Below are positions 1 to 10,141 of a DNA stretch of 64,000 nt, piece after piece. The notes below the pieces were generated by a model. The model was not told the origin of the DNA. It ran no database searches and was given only the letters and a program-made list of their open reading frames with translations. Positions within the stretch are counted from its first letter, which is position 1. Each line of letters opens with the position of its first letter. The DNA comes from Octopus bimaculoides (Eukaryota), in the NCBI RefSeq assembly GCF_001194135.2, contig NC_068992.1, forward strand, positions 6,409,572 to 6,473,571. The letters are read 5' to 3'. A program made the translations under genes and the position numbers.

Positions 1-329
1 TATATATATCTATATATATTAACGAAGCTAATTAGTCTAGCTGCATGTTGTTTCCCCAACTGATTTAAGTGAGATACAAAAAACCTGAAATCATGACCTC
101 ACAACAAAAAACTCGCTGGATAATGACGCCCAGATTAACATATGGTTATAGAAAAAGACTGGGTGGTCATTGTTAGAACATCTTTGAACATATGTCTGCT
201 AGATGAAGACACTCATCTTAAAAGAGACATAACGATAAGAACAACAGTAGTAGCATCAGAAACCGTTTCAGCAACAATTCAGAAAATTGCTCGCAAACGA
301 ATGACCCCTGGCTTTAGATACTAAGGAAG

Positions 330-590
330 GATAAACATTGAGAATACTGATGTGAGATTGTGCTGAATACGTGATGATTAAAATCGTAGTGATGACCAAG
401 TAGATGCGGTTAGATTTGTGTTGAAGCGCTCAAGAAGTTGTATGATCTTTGTACTTTGATCAAAGGCAACGGTGCGTGTAATGAGGAAATAGCTGTAACA
501 TTAACTCGATGTAAGCGACTAAGCAGATTTACCTTAATTAAAAAGCTGGCGGAGTCGATACTAACGTGTTGTTGGTTATAATGAGCTAGG
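330..590 (+). mobile_element. Highly decayed RTE-like LINE reverse transcriptase C-terminal remnant
   Basis: One + frame reads VEALKKLYDLCTLIKGNGACNEEIAVTLTRCKRLSRFTLIKKLAESILTCCW, loosely matching the RTE 'F.YLGS.I...G.C..EI..RI....ILTY..E.W' region. The match is weak. Confidence 0.35.
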
Positions 591-626
591 TTCAAACGAC
601 AGAACGTACAAATTGATTGTATGTTT

Positions 627-628
<2 letters not shown>

Positions 629-678
<50 letters not shown>

Positions 679-972
679 CATATATATGCAGTCAATTGTA
701 TATGCGTGCATGGCTTTGTGTGTGCGTGTCCGATTGTATATATATCTACAAATATGAAAATATATGTGTATATATACATACATGTATAAATATGTTTTAT
801 ATATATATATAAATAAATAAATATGCATATATATATATATATATATCTTACCATATATTGTACTATTTATGTATGTGTATATATGTGTGTGTGTTTGTGT
901 GTGTGTTTGTGTGTGTGTCTGTATACATACATATATATAGATATATATATGCATACATATATATATACATAC
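629..972. repeat. Compound microsatellite (CA)n / (TA)n / (TG)n
   Basis: Pure (CA)n at about 629-676, followed by degenerate TA/TG/CA dinucleotide tracts. Source of the ORFs at 410-1160. Confidence 0.95.
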
Positions 973-1224
973 AAGTGACTGAATGTCACTGTGTGTGCCT
1001 GTGCGTTAAAAAGTGCGAGAGAATACTTGTATTTGCCTGTTGCAGAGCAAGTTTTTACAGCACGTGTAAATAAATCTACACTTGACGTTTCATGTACCTT
1101 ATTACAAAGGAAGAAGAAAAACATTAGAAAACTCTTAATGAAGATTTGCTGTATCCTCAATGAAACTAAACACGCACAGTATCATCTACGTAGTTGCTAG
1201 TAATATAGAATAAGTATTGTATAT

Positions 1225-1315
1225 GTGTACTTAAATGGCGTAGGCATGGCAGTGTGGTTAAGTAGATCGCTTTCTAACGAGATGGTTTCTGGTTCTATTC
1301 TACTAAGATTCTTCT
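1225..1315 (+). mobile_element. SINE family A head fragment (tRNA-derived)
   Basis: GGCGTAGGCATGGCAGTGTGGTTAAG...GGTTCTATTCT gives A-box and B-box-like motifs. No acceptor stem or cloverleaf. Confidence 0.55.
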
Positions 1316-1651
1316 ACCGAAGGATAATATTTAAGTTCGGTGGATGTTGGTGGTGTAATGCAAACAATTGGTCTACATGAGGTTCCTAGATTTCGACATG
1401 TTCAGTTGTTGTGAAGAGACTCAAAGTTATGCAAGATTTGAGAATATTTTCCTTTGTCAATGGCTGAAAGTCGTGTCTCTCGTCCACACGATCATGTCCT
1501 CTTTGAACCACTTTATATGCCACTTTATAACGTGGATTTATTACAAGGTTATAACAATACAAATATAAATCAGAAGCAACACATAACAAACAATATCTCT
1601 TCTCAACGACTTCTATGACTTTCTTCACAAATCACCTGCGCAAAACACACT

Positions 1652-1710
1652 GCATTTCTTTATTGGCCACACAGGACCTAACATAGAGGGGACAAACAAG
1701 GACAGACAAA
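1652..1710 (-). mobile_element. SINE family B 3' tail fragment
   Basis: Reverse complement of 2878-2934; the 31-mer AACATAGAGGGGACAAACAAGGACAGACAAA is identical. Confidence 0.85.
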
Positions 1711-2439
1711 ACACAAAAGTGAGGAAAATTAAAATCGAATGAAAAGAATGGTAATGATAAATGAAAAGCGGAACGACGTTAACTCGAACCCCACACTGCA
1801 GATAACGTCATTGAGCATTTTTATAAAGAGTTTTTAAACCATTATTTTTTTTAATTAACGCGGCTTTTCCAATTTCTGTCCGATTGAGGGATGTCATGTA
1901 TGATACCTTTGGTCTCCTTAGTCTCTTAGGCGAGTCGCTGTTTGTAAGACTTCATCATTTCACCAGAATAATTACATTCTTTAAATTTGTATCAATTTAA
2001 GCACACGTTATCATCTCCATTTGCAAAGATACCTAGCAGGCAAGAAAAACACGTTCAAATTGCTAGAGGTGTAAAATCTAAGCATAGTAAACAGGGAAAA
2101 AAGCTGGAACTTTTCACAAAATGGAATAAAAGTGCAACAGTAAAATGTGTGTGCAATATCATGTGGAATCCGCCACCATTTTTTTTATAATGTGTTTATT
2201 TAAATAATGCCTCGTTAAGCGTTTTAACGTAACGCACGATAAAGCTGTCAAGATTTCTGGTGATATCAATCCTGGAGAAGAAAGGATTTTTTTTTGTTTT
2301 TTACATCAAATGTTATTTAGATAAGTGTGACTATTAGCAGTATTAGTTATACAAATTTAAAATAAGACACAGAATTTTACAGCACGATATATTGGGCGGA
2401 ATTAAATGCAAATGCAACAGAAATTTATCTTTCGTCTCG

Positions 2440-2540
2440 TAAATGTTTCATTACTGTTGTGCCACCATGCGAGGTCACCGCCTAGTACTAATTCTATCGA
2501 ACTTTTTTGCCGAACCACTAAGTAACGGATACCTAAATCC
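2440..2540 (-). mobile_element. SINE family A fragment
   Basis: CCATGCGAGGTCACCGCC...TTTTGCCGAACCACTAAGT resembles the copies at 7581-7740 and 40566-40720. Confidence 0.6.
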
Positions 2541-2693
2541 ATCCCTTTAATCCAACCATGTGATCAGGAAATTAACCTCCCTCTCCTACAAATACGAATA
2601 CATGTCTGATTCCACACATCAATTGATTGCTTTTGTTAGACATAAATCAGTCACCAAGTATACGACAAATTTCAGTATATTCGTTTCAAATTA

Positions 2694-2940
2694 AGGTGGT
2701 GAGCTGGTAGAGTTGCTAGCAAGCCGAACAAAGTGCTTAGCGGCAGTTTGTCCGCCTTAACGCATTGAGTTCAAATTCTGTCGTCTGCCGCTACGTTCTG
2801 AGTTCAAATTCCACCTTTCGGGGTCCATAAATTAAGTACCAGTTATGCACTGGGGTCGATGTAATCGACTTAACCCCTTTGTCTGTCCTTGTTTGTCCCC
2901 TCTATGTTTAGCCCCTTGTGGGCAATAAAGAAATAAGAAA
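2694..2940 (+). mobile_element. SINE family B, composite copy with two B-box segments
   Basis: GGTGGTGAGCTGG head, GAGTTCAAATT twice, GTACCAGTT...GGGGTCGATGTAATCGACT body and A-rich tail. Homologous to 14656-14820 and 62690-62890. Confidence 0.9.
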
Positions 2941-3057
2941 AAAAGAAAAGCCCTGCCTACTGTTTTTGTTGTTCTCGTTGCTTGCTATCAACTCTGCTTT
3001 TCTTGACCTAGAGCTAACCTATGATTAAAAGCATTCTATCCGTAACTATTCTTAGAT

Positions 3058-3385
3058 GACTTACACGACAGGGTGCGTAGCTTTGAAATCAGGAAGTCTC
3101 TCCAATCAGAACTACCTCTCCGCATTGAGAGGTCACAGTTCTGATACTATTAGAATGTCGCAGGAAAGAATCGTGCGGTCGATTCTTCAAGAGATCTAAG
3201 AGTAGACCAAGAACGAGACAGTTTCATAATATCTACAGTCTCAGTTGGTCACGCTTGAGAATCCAGCCTGCCAGTCTAATGACCGTTGCTTTTGATTGGA
3301 CACCCTAAATAGTAAATGCCTGAGGACTCTATCCCCACGATCCTTTCAGGAATTGTGAGTGGAGATGATGGAAGGAGTTCTCTCC
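3058..3385 (+). mobile_element. RTE-clade LINE 3' fragment (end of ORF)
   Basis: With frameshifts reads LHDRVRSFEIRKSLQSELPLRIERSQF*YY...RPRTRQFHNIYSLSWSRLRIQPASLMTVAFD, matching the RTE C-terminal 'RSQLRYYGHV...GRPRTRW' signature. Paralogous to 16895-17200. Confidence 0.75.
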
Positions 3386-6300
3386 ATAACTAAATTGGGA
3401 ATCTACGCTATACTTGCCCACGCACATAGTTTTAAAGAATTAATATCGATAAATTAAAATCTAATATATCTAAAGTAGCAATAAGAGAAACATAACTTAA
3501 GTTAATAATAGTCACTAACATTTCAAACACTGAAATATTAGTGTCCGTTAGTAAATGAAAATTTATGTAAACAAATTATATATGTTTTACAAAAAAATAT
3601 ATAAAATGCAATGATGTATGGTGTTTCGGTTCACAGAGTGTGCTACCCTGCTTTTATTGAAAAGTAACTGATAGCTATATTTACGTGTTATTTTTTTCCT
3701 GTATATAATGCCAATTTAAATTGAATTAATATTTTAAGTATATTTTAATAGAATAAAACAAATTATGGCCATATCGAATAATAATAGCGTAAGAATAAAA
3801 TTATTAAAAGAAATTTACCACATAGAGTAGGGGTGCAGGCTCAACTTCCACATCCAGAATACAAAGTGGGGTTTTCACAATAACTTTGTGCGAAAAGAAG
3901 AGCTTCCACAATCTTCAGAGTATTTCACACTACAATCTTCTTAAAAAAAGGACACATTGGCAAACATAGACGATGTTTGAAAGACGTAACATAATGCCGG
4001 AAATTTGGGTAGCGAATTAGTCGATAACACTGATTCCAAAGCACTCCCTCTTTATGTTTTTCCATTTCTCATTCTTTTTATGTAAGTATTCTCTTACTCC
4101 CACCGCCACTCCTGCATTGCCAGTCACTTCTTATCTTTACAAAGTAGCATTAAATATTATAGTACAAAATAAGAGCGGGACGCTTTACGCATTTCCCCGA
4201 CCAGCAAGAAACAGCTGTTAAATTTGTATTATACCAAAACCTACTCGTTTAAAAAAGGAGGACGCTTTGCATATAGTGGATAACTTAACCCTATAGACAC
4301 TATGTCTGAAACAAAATGGCGTAGTATTTGTGGCTGAATTATCTTTTATCTCAAGTCTGCTCAATCAAGACTAACCAGGAGCTAAATAACAAAAACAATG
4401 AAAGTTATATCATTCTTGAATAACTCATTTCTACTGCAACTTCTATAATCTTCTAGAATTAATTGGAATTGAACGTCGTTCGTGATATATGTATGATGTA
4501 TTCAGCCTGAGTTTCTCTTCGTAAATGGTTCCAGCGTATCACAGACTACTAAGTTGGTCGATCGACTTTCTGTTATAGCAAACATATCAGATACTAACAG
4601 CTGTTACTTTCTAATTAATCTGTCTCTTCTGTGACAGATCTGCACCGAAGTTTTGGTAAATGTTAATATCAATATTCTTCTGGTGCCTGATATTTACAAT
4701 GGTGAATCAAGCTGCTATATATATTTGATAATTAGTTACTTCATGAAGAATCTTTTGAAAATTAAGAACACTACTAAAGAAAGAGATGAAATGCTAGCGT
4801 TTTATTATGTCATTATTTTTCTTTATTTTCGGTACCGATGTCTGAAATAGTAAAGAACTAGACAATAAGCATAATTCTTTATATTTAGATGTCTCTCAAT
4901 GTTGGTTAAAAGTTGATGTGCGCGGCAATCATCAACTTTAAAATCCATCGTATTGAGAGGTGAAAGTAAATGTCAACAACACAGAGAGTTCTGTTTAATT
5001 GACGTTATACAATAATCTCATAAAATGTGAGCCCGTGTTTAACCAAATTAAGTTATTTCATAATCATTTTGCTATTCTCGTAGCCTGATCAAACTTTATG
5101 TCCATAAGTTATACATAAATTTGAATCTATCTCTATGTGAGATGATCATTTGGTCATCTAATTTTAGCACAATTGGTCTAATTTTAAACTACTTATCTCT
5201 GCCCTTCTCATTTACTATTAATATATTAAAGTCCATTAATAAAAGATTCACCTGGGCAGAAAAACTGATAAATTTAATATTTGTGTTCGGCTGCTTCCGG
5301 TTTTGTGCAGCACTGATTCTAGTCTTTATTTATAGCATCAGAAGACAGAAGTTGTCTATAAGACGCTTATTTATGACTATAGAACATTTATTTTGATTTT
5401 ATTGAGAACACTTTCCGAAAGCAGATGGATATATCATCTCAGTATCCTTAGACTAATAAAATAATTTTCTGGTACCAATGTATGTTTAAAAGTCAAGTAG
5501 AAATCAAATATCTTGTCATCTTTCGGAAAATGAATAAACTGTATGAGTACTAGTTATGATAAAACTCACCCAGATTTTGTGTTGTTTTAAATTAAGCGAC
5601 TGAAGTAGAGAAAATGTTTATTTGAGTAATGTTGAACACAGAAGTATTATGGACGACGACTATCAATGAGACGAAAATAAAAGCAGTGTCAAATATACTG
5701 ATACATAATCGATGTTATTACTTCGTAAACGTGTTTGTAAGATTTGAAAGAAATATCGTCCACTTACATGTATTTTATTGACCAGTCGCCATTTTATTTT
5801 AAGTATTTATCATGTAGCATCATAACAATATTGATTTATAACTTATATACATGGCTACACATACGGCGAGTGGAAGTAACGATCGATTCTATCAGAGTAC
5901 TTGACTGGTACTTACTTCACCAACCCTAAAGGAAAGAAAAGCGAAGCATTTTGCCGATCATATTATTAATTCTGCAATCCACCGGCCTCGACAAAGATAG
6001 AAAACCACAAAATTACAGAGATGAAAAAAAAATCGATTACATTTACCAGCTTACATGACTGATAGACGTTTGGAACAATGAAACGCAAACAAGACTCCAG
6101 CAGATTTTGAAATCACGACTGAAAGTGGCACACAAGTACCTCACATTTTGGCCGTTGGACATCCAGTTCTGCTGATACACTACCTTTAGCGCCAACAAAA
6201 TACTACAGCCTTTTCCCATTTTAGTTACTTGTTTTTTCATCCTTGACATGCATCTGAGGTGTGAGTAAGCATTTAGTTTTATCTTATCTCTCGTTAACCA

Positions 6301-7074
6301 TCGCTCTGATCATCTTATTCTCTGCTCATCTCATTCCTGGAGATATTAATCAGTAAAAATTCAAGAAAAAAAAAAACACACAAAATTAGTTGACTCGGAA
6401 ATTGCTAACACGACTATGTGTCCTTTAATATTAATGAAAATTGGTTCCGCTATTGATTAGCATAATTCATCCCCCACTATATGAATAAATTCACAAATTG
6501 CCAACGAGTAGATTTAATTGTATCTCATATTTTCCTTTTATCAAAAATAATATCGCGCGGAACAAATCAAATTTACATTTTTATGAAGATTTTCGGGTCA
6601 CTTAATAACATTAAGATTTTCGAATGATAAGCATTGTGTTTGTTTATTGGATTTGTGTAGCCGTAAAAAATATATTTTACCACGTTTGTTTCTAGTACTG
6701 TGTGTGTTTATGTGTGTTTGCGTGTGTGCGTGTGTATGTGTTTGTGTGTGCGTGTATACACACACACACACATATATNNNNNNNNNNNNNNNNNNNNNNN
6801 NNNNNNNNNNNNNNNNNNNNNNNNNNNNNNNNNNNNNNNNNNNNNNNNNNNNNNNNNNNNNNNNNNNNNNNNNGTGTTGGAACAAGTCTAATTTTATGTT
6901 AAAGATTATGATTATTTGGGAAATATCACGAGATAATAAAAACGAAACAAGAGTGCAAATCCTTTGAATTCATTCCAATAGGAGAAATTTCAGGTGAGAC
7001 TTTCAAGAACCAAGCGATGTTTTGCATAAAACGAAAATAATAAAAATGGTAATTATCATCTTCTTTTAATTTTT

Positions 7075-7199
7075 ACTTGCTTTAGTCATTAGACTGCAGC
7101 CATGCTGGAGCACCGCCTTAGAGAATTTGTTAGTCGAATGAATCGCACCCCGCACATATTTTCTGTTCTTTAAGACTCTTTGGCCGAACCACTAAGTAT
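7075..7199 (-). mobile_element. SINE family A, 3' half
   Basis: GACTGCAGCCATGCTGGAGCACCGCC and CTCTTTGGCCGAACCACTAAGT match 7581-7700. Confidence 0.8.
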
Positions 7200-7580
7200 A
7201 ACCTGGGTGACCCACTGCGATTTGACCGAGTCCACACTGTTATATTTGGGTGATCGAGGCAAAGACTGTCATACAGTTGGAAATACCTGAGGAAGTTAGC
7301 AAGGCTTTTTACACACCGCCCTCTTATTCGCTGCTCCTACATAATATTTACTTGTGTCTAAGATACCCTTCCAGTCGCCCACTAACACTAATGAACATGA
7401 TGTCTCTAAGGAAGTCCCTAGACATCTAAAGAAATCTGGCCGTCTAGCTCTTGCTGGGGCATAGACTGCCATTTGTCTGAAAGCCCACCTGTTGCCTTCT
7501 TTGATGCTCACGTCCAAGATCATCATCCTACCGACCTGGTCGAGGAAAACCGTATTCACCTTCAAGTCAAAGCTGTACAC
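7200..7580 (-). mobile_element. Tx1/L1-type LINE apurinic endonuclease (APE) fragment
   Basis: ORF 7296-7580 reads GRMMILDV...FRQMAVYAP...RPDFFRCL....LVLVGDWKGILD, the 'GR...V...VYAP...GDFN.ILD' pattern of L1/Tx1 ORF2 endonucleases. No RT is adjacent. Confidence 0.8.
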
Positions 7581-8035
7581 TTTTACTTGTTTCGGTCATT
7601 TTGACTGCGGCCATGCTGGAGCACCGCCTTTTAGTCGAGCAAATCAACTCCAGGACTTATTCTTTGTAAGCCTAATACTTAGTCTATCGGGGGGGACGTA
7701 AACACACCACCATCGGTTGTCAAGCGATGTTGGTGGGACAAACATAGACACACAAACACACACACACACACACACACACACANNNNNNNNNNNNNNNNNN
7801 NNNNNNNNNNNNNNNNNNNNNNNNNNNNNNNNNNNNNNNNNNNNNNNNNNNNNNNNNNNNNNNNNNNNNNNNNNNNNNNNNNNNNNATATATATATATAT
7901 ATATATACGACGGGCTTCTTTCAGTTTCCGTCTACCAAATCCACTCACAAGGCTTTGGTCGGCCCGAGGCTATAGTAGAAGACACTTGCCCAAGGTTCCA
8001 CGCAGTGGGACTGAACCCAGAACTATGTGATTTGG
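7581..8035 (-). mobile_element. SINE family A, near full length, with internal CA/TA microsatellite and gap
   Basis: Tail CTTTTACTTGTTTC, core GCGGCCATGCTGGAGCACCGCC, internal (CA)n-N-(TA)n, then GACGGGCTTCTTTCAGTTTCCGTCTACC...GGGACTGAACCC. Reverse complement of 17322-17665. Confidence 0.92.
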
Positions 8036-8291
8036 AATTATTTGCTCATCGAAACCGAAAGAAATGTGACATTTCTAAATGGTTACGGTACCAGTGTTTG
8101 TAGGAACACCAGGACTGATAAAAAATGCAACTGAATATTATTTGAGAGTGATCCTTGACTGAAAATCCATGCAAAAAAACGCAGAAGATTGTTGTAACTG
8201 ATACGTCACACTTATTTGCGAAGAGCATTGTCGCTGTGAGAACGATAATCTTCCATGTAAATATTTTCTTTTCAACATAACGTTGTTTGAT

Positions 8292-8421
8292 TTTGTAAAT
8301 GAACAATCTGGTGTGTTTATTTTAATGGCCTATCAATGTACATAGTGAGTTTCTTTGCTCTAGGCGTCGTGAATACATTCAGTAAGAAATGGAAATAAAA
8401 CTGATGGAACAAGAGTAACGC
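8292..8421 (+). mobile_element. Putative LINE (R4/Dong-like) 3' end module, copy 1, followed by (AAT)n
   Basis: Direct paralogue of 8718-8837, and both run straight into (AAT)n. The family assignment is inferred from context. Confidence 0.5.
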
Positions 8422-8484
<63 letters not shown>

Positions 8485-8522
8485 CCAACAACAACAACAA
8501 TGATAATAACAACAACAACAAC

Positions 8523-8582
<60 letters not shown>

Positions 8583-8592
8583 GATAATAATA
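8422..8592. repeat. (AAT)n-(AAC)n-(AAT)n microsatellite
   Basis: Read directly from the sequence. Confidence 0.98.
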
Positions 8593-8717
8593 ATTTTCTT
8601 TCCTTTTTCCGCTTTTATCTTCTTTTTTCACGATTTTTCCCTATTTTTATACTTTTATCTTATTTTTTCTTCTTTCTTTTTCCTTACTTTCTTCCTCATT
8701 TTTTTCTACTACATGAC

Positions 8718-8836
8718 TTTGTAAATGAACAATCTGGTGTGTTTATTTTAATAGCCTACCAGTGTAAACAGCTGGTTTCTTTGCCCTAGGTATCGGGAAG
8801 ACAGTCGGCAAGAAGCGGAAAGAAAACTGAAAGGGG

Positions 8837-8837
<1 letters not shown>
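8718..8837 (+). mobile_element. Putative LINE (R4/Dong-like) 3' end module, copy 2, followed by (AAT)n
   Basis: TTTGTAAATGAACAATCTGGTGTGTTTATTTTAAT is shared exactly with copy 1. Followed by (AAT)n(GAT)n at about 8838-8910. Confidence 0.5.
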
Positions 8838-8891
<54 letters not shown>

Positions 8892-8910
8892 GGATGATGA
8901 TGATGATGAT

Positions 8911-9075
8911 GCCTACCAGGCCAACTTATTTAAGCACGGCAGTAGCTCAACATGTGTACTTCAACAACCAAATGAAACCATCAATCATGTTGTCTTCATG
9001 TACAGTCTTCTTGCGCCTACAGAGTATCTTAACAGGCATGATAGAGCAGCATAATATATTCACTGCGTAATTCCT
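8911..9075 (+). mobile_element. R4/Dong-type LINE fragment (CCHC zinc-knuckle region)
   Basis: AYQANLFKHGSSSTCVLQQPNETINHVVFMYSLLAPTEYLNRHDRAA*YIHCVI matches the R4-clade 'YQ....C..C...ETI.H.V..C..LA..EY..RHD....IHW' motif. Confidence 0.85.
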
Positions 9076-9084
9076 AGTGAACAA

Positions 9085-9222
9085 CTGTATTTATTTTATT
9101 GACGCCGAAATGATGGTAGGCAGTGTGGACCTCGACAGAGTTTGAACTCAAAACGTACGGGCTAACGAAATGCCGCTTAGCATATTGCCAGGCATGCTAA
9201 CGCTTCTACTAGCTCGCTTCCA
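9085..9222 (-). mobile_element. SINE family B fragment
   Basis: GACCTCGACAGAGTTTGAACTCA...GCTAACGCTTCTACTAGCTCG is the reverse complement of the family B head. Confidence 0.75.
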
Positions 9223-9233
9223 TAATAATAATG

Positions 9234-9318
<85 letters not shown>
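9223..9318. repeat. (AAT)n microsatellite
   Basis: Read directly from the sequence; abuts the 5' end of the LINE fragment at 9319. Confidence 0.98.
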
Positions 9319-9320
<2 letters not shown>

Positions 9321-10077
9321 TATACACTGGAAGCTATGCCAACACTATGGAATAACAACAGAAAAAAGATGGTATAAACACACGCCAGAAAAGGTCACAG
9401 AAAACGAGAAAGCAACCATACTCTGGGATATGCCAATACACACAGATAGAGAAATTAAGGCAAATCGACCAGATATNNNNNNNNNNNNNNNNNNNNNNNN
9501 NNNNNNNNNNNNNNNNNNNNNNNNNNNNNNNNNNNNNNNNNNNNNNNNNNNNNNNNNNNNNNNNNNNNNNNNNNNNNNNNNNNNNNNNNNNNNNNNNNNN
9601 NNNNNNNNNNNNNNNNNNNNNNNNNNNNNNNNNNNNNNNNNNNNNNNNNNNNNNNNNNNNNNNNNNNNNNNNNNNNNNNNNNNNNNNNNNNNNNNNNNNN
9701 NNNNNNNNNNNNNNNNNNNNNNNNNNNNNNNNNNNNNNNNNNNNNNNNNNNNNNNNNNNNNNNNNNNNNNNNNNNNNNNNNNNNNNNNNNNNNNNNNNNN
9801 NNNNNNNNNNNNNNNNNNNNNNNNNNNNNNNNNNNNNNNNNNNNNNNNNNNNNNNNNNNNNNNNNNNNNNNNNNNNNNNNNNNNNNNNNNNNNNNNNNNN
9901 NNNNNNNNNNNNNNNNNNNNNNNNNNNNNNNNNNNNNNNNNNNNNNNNNNNNNNNNNNNNNNNNNNNNNNNNNNNNNNNNNNNNNNNNNNNNNNNNNNNN
10001 NNNNNNNNNNNNNNNNNNNNNNNNNNNNNNNNNNNNNNNNNNNNNNNNNNNNNNTTATAAAAATAAAACTACTGAAC

Positions 10078-10078
<1 letters not shown>
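9319..10078 (+). mobile_element. 5'-truncated R4/Dong-type LINE (restriction-like endonuclease domain), largely in assembly gap
   Basis: Uninterrupted YIHWKLCQHYGITTEKRWYKHTPEKVTENEKATILWDMPIHTDREIKANRPD, the RLE 'LWD..I.TD..I.ANRPD' motif. Gap 9477-10054 follows, then (AAT)n at about 10079-10141. Continuity across the gap is inferred. Confidence 0.88.

Positions 10079-10141
<63 letters not shown>

Noticed and set aside
1225-1315. tRNA-like A/B boxes here and in other SINE heads
   Set aside because: No cloverleaf or acceptor stem; they continue into SINE bodies, so they are not tRNA genes.
1390-1640. Minus-strand KWFKE...D.R...T.ENI resembling a mariner HTH region
   Set aside because: Needs frameshifts and matches only a few residues; cannot be supported by eye.
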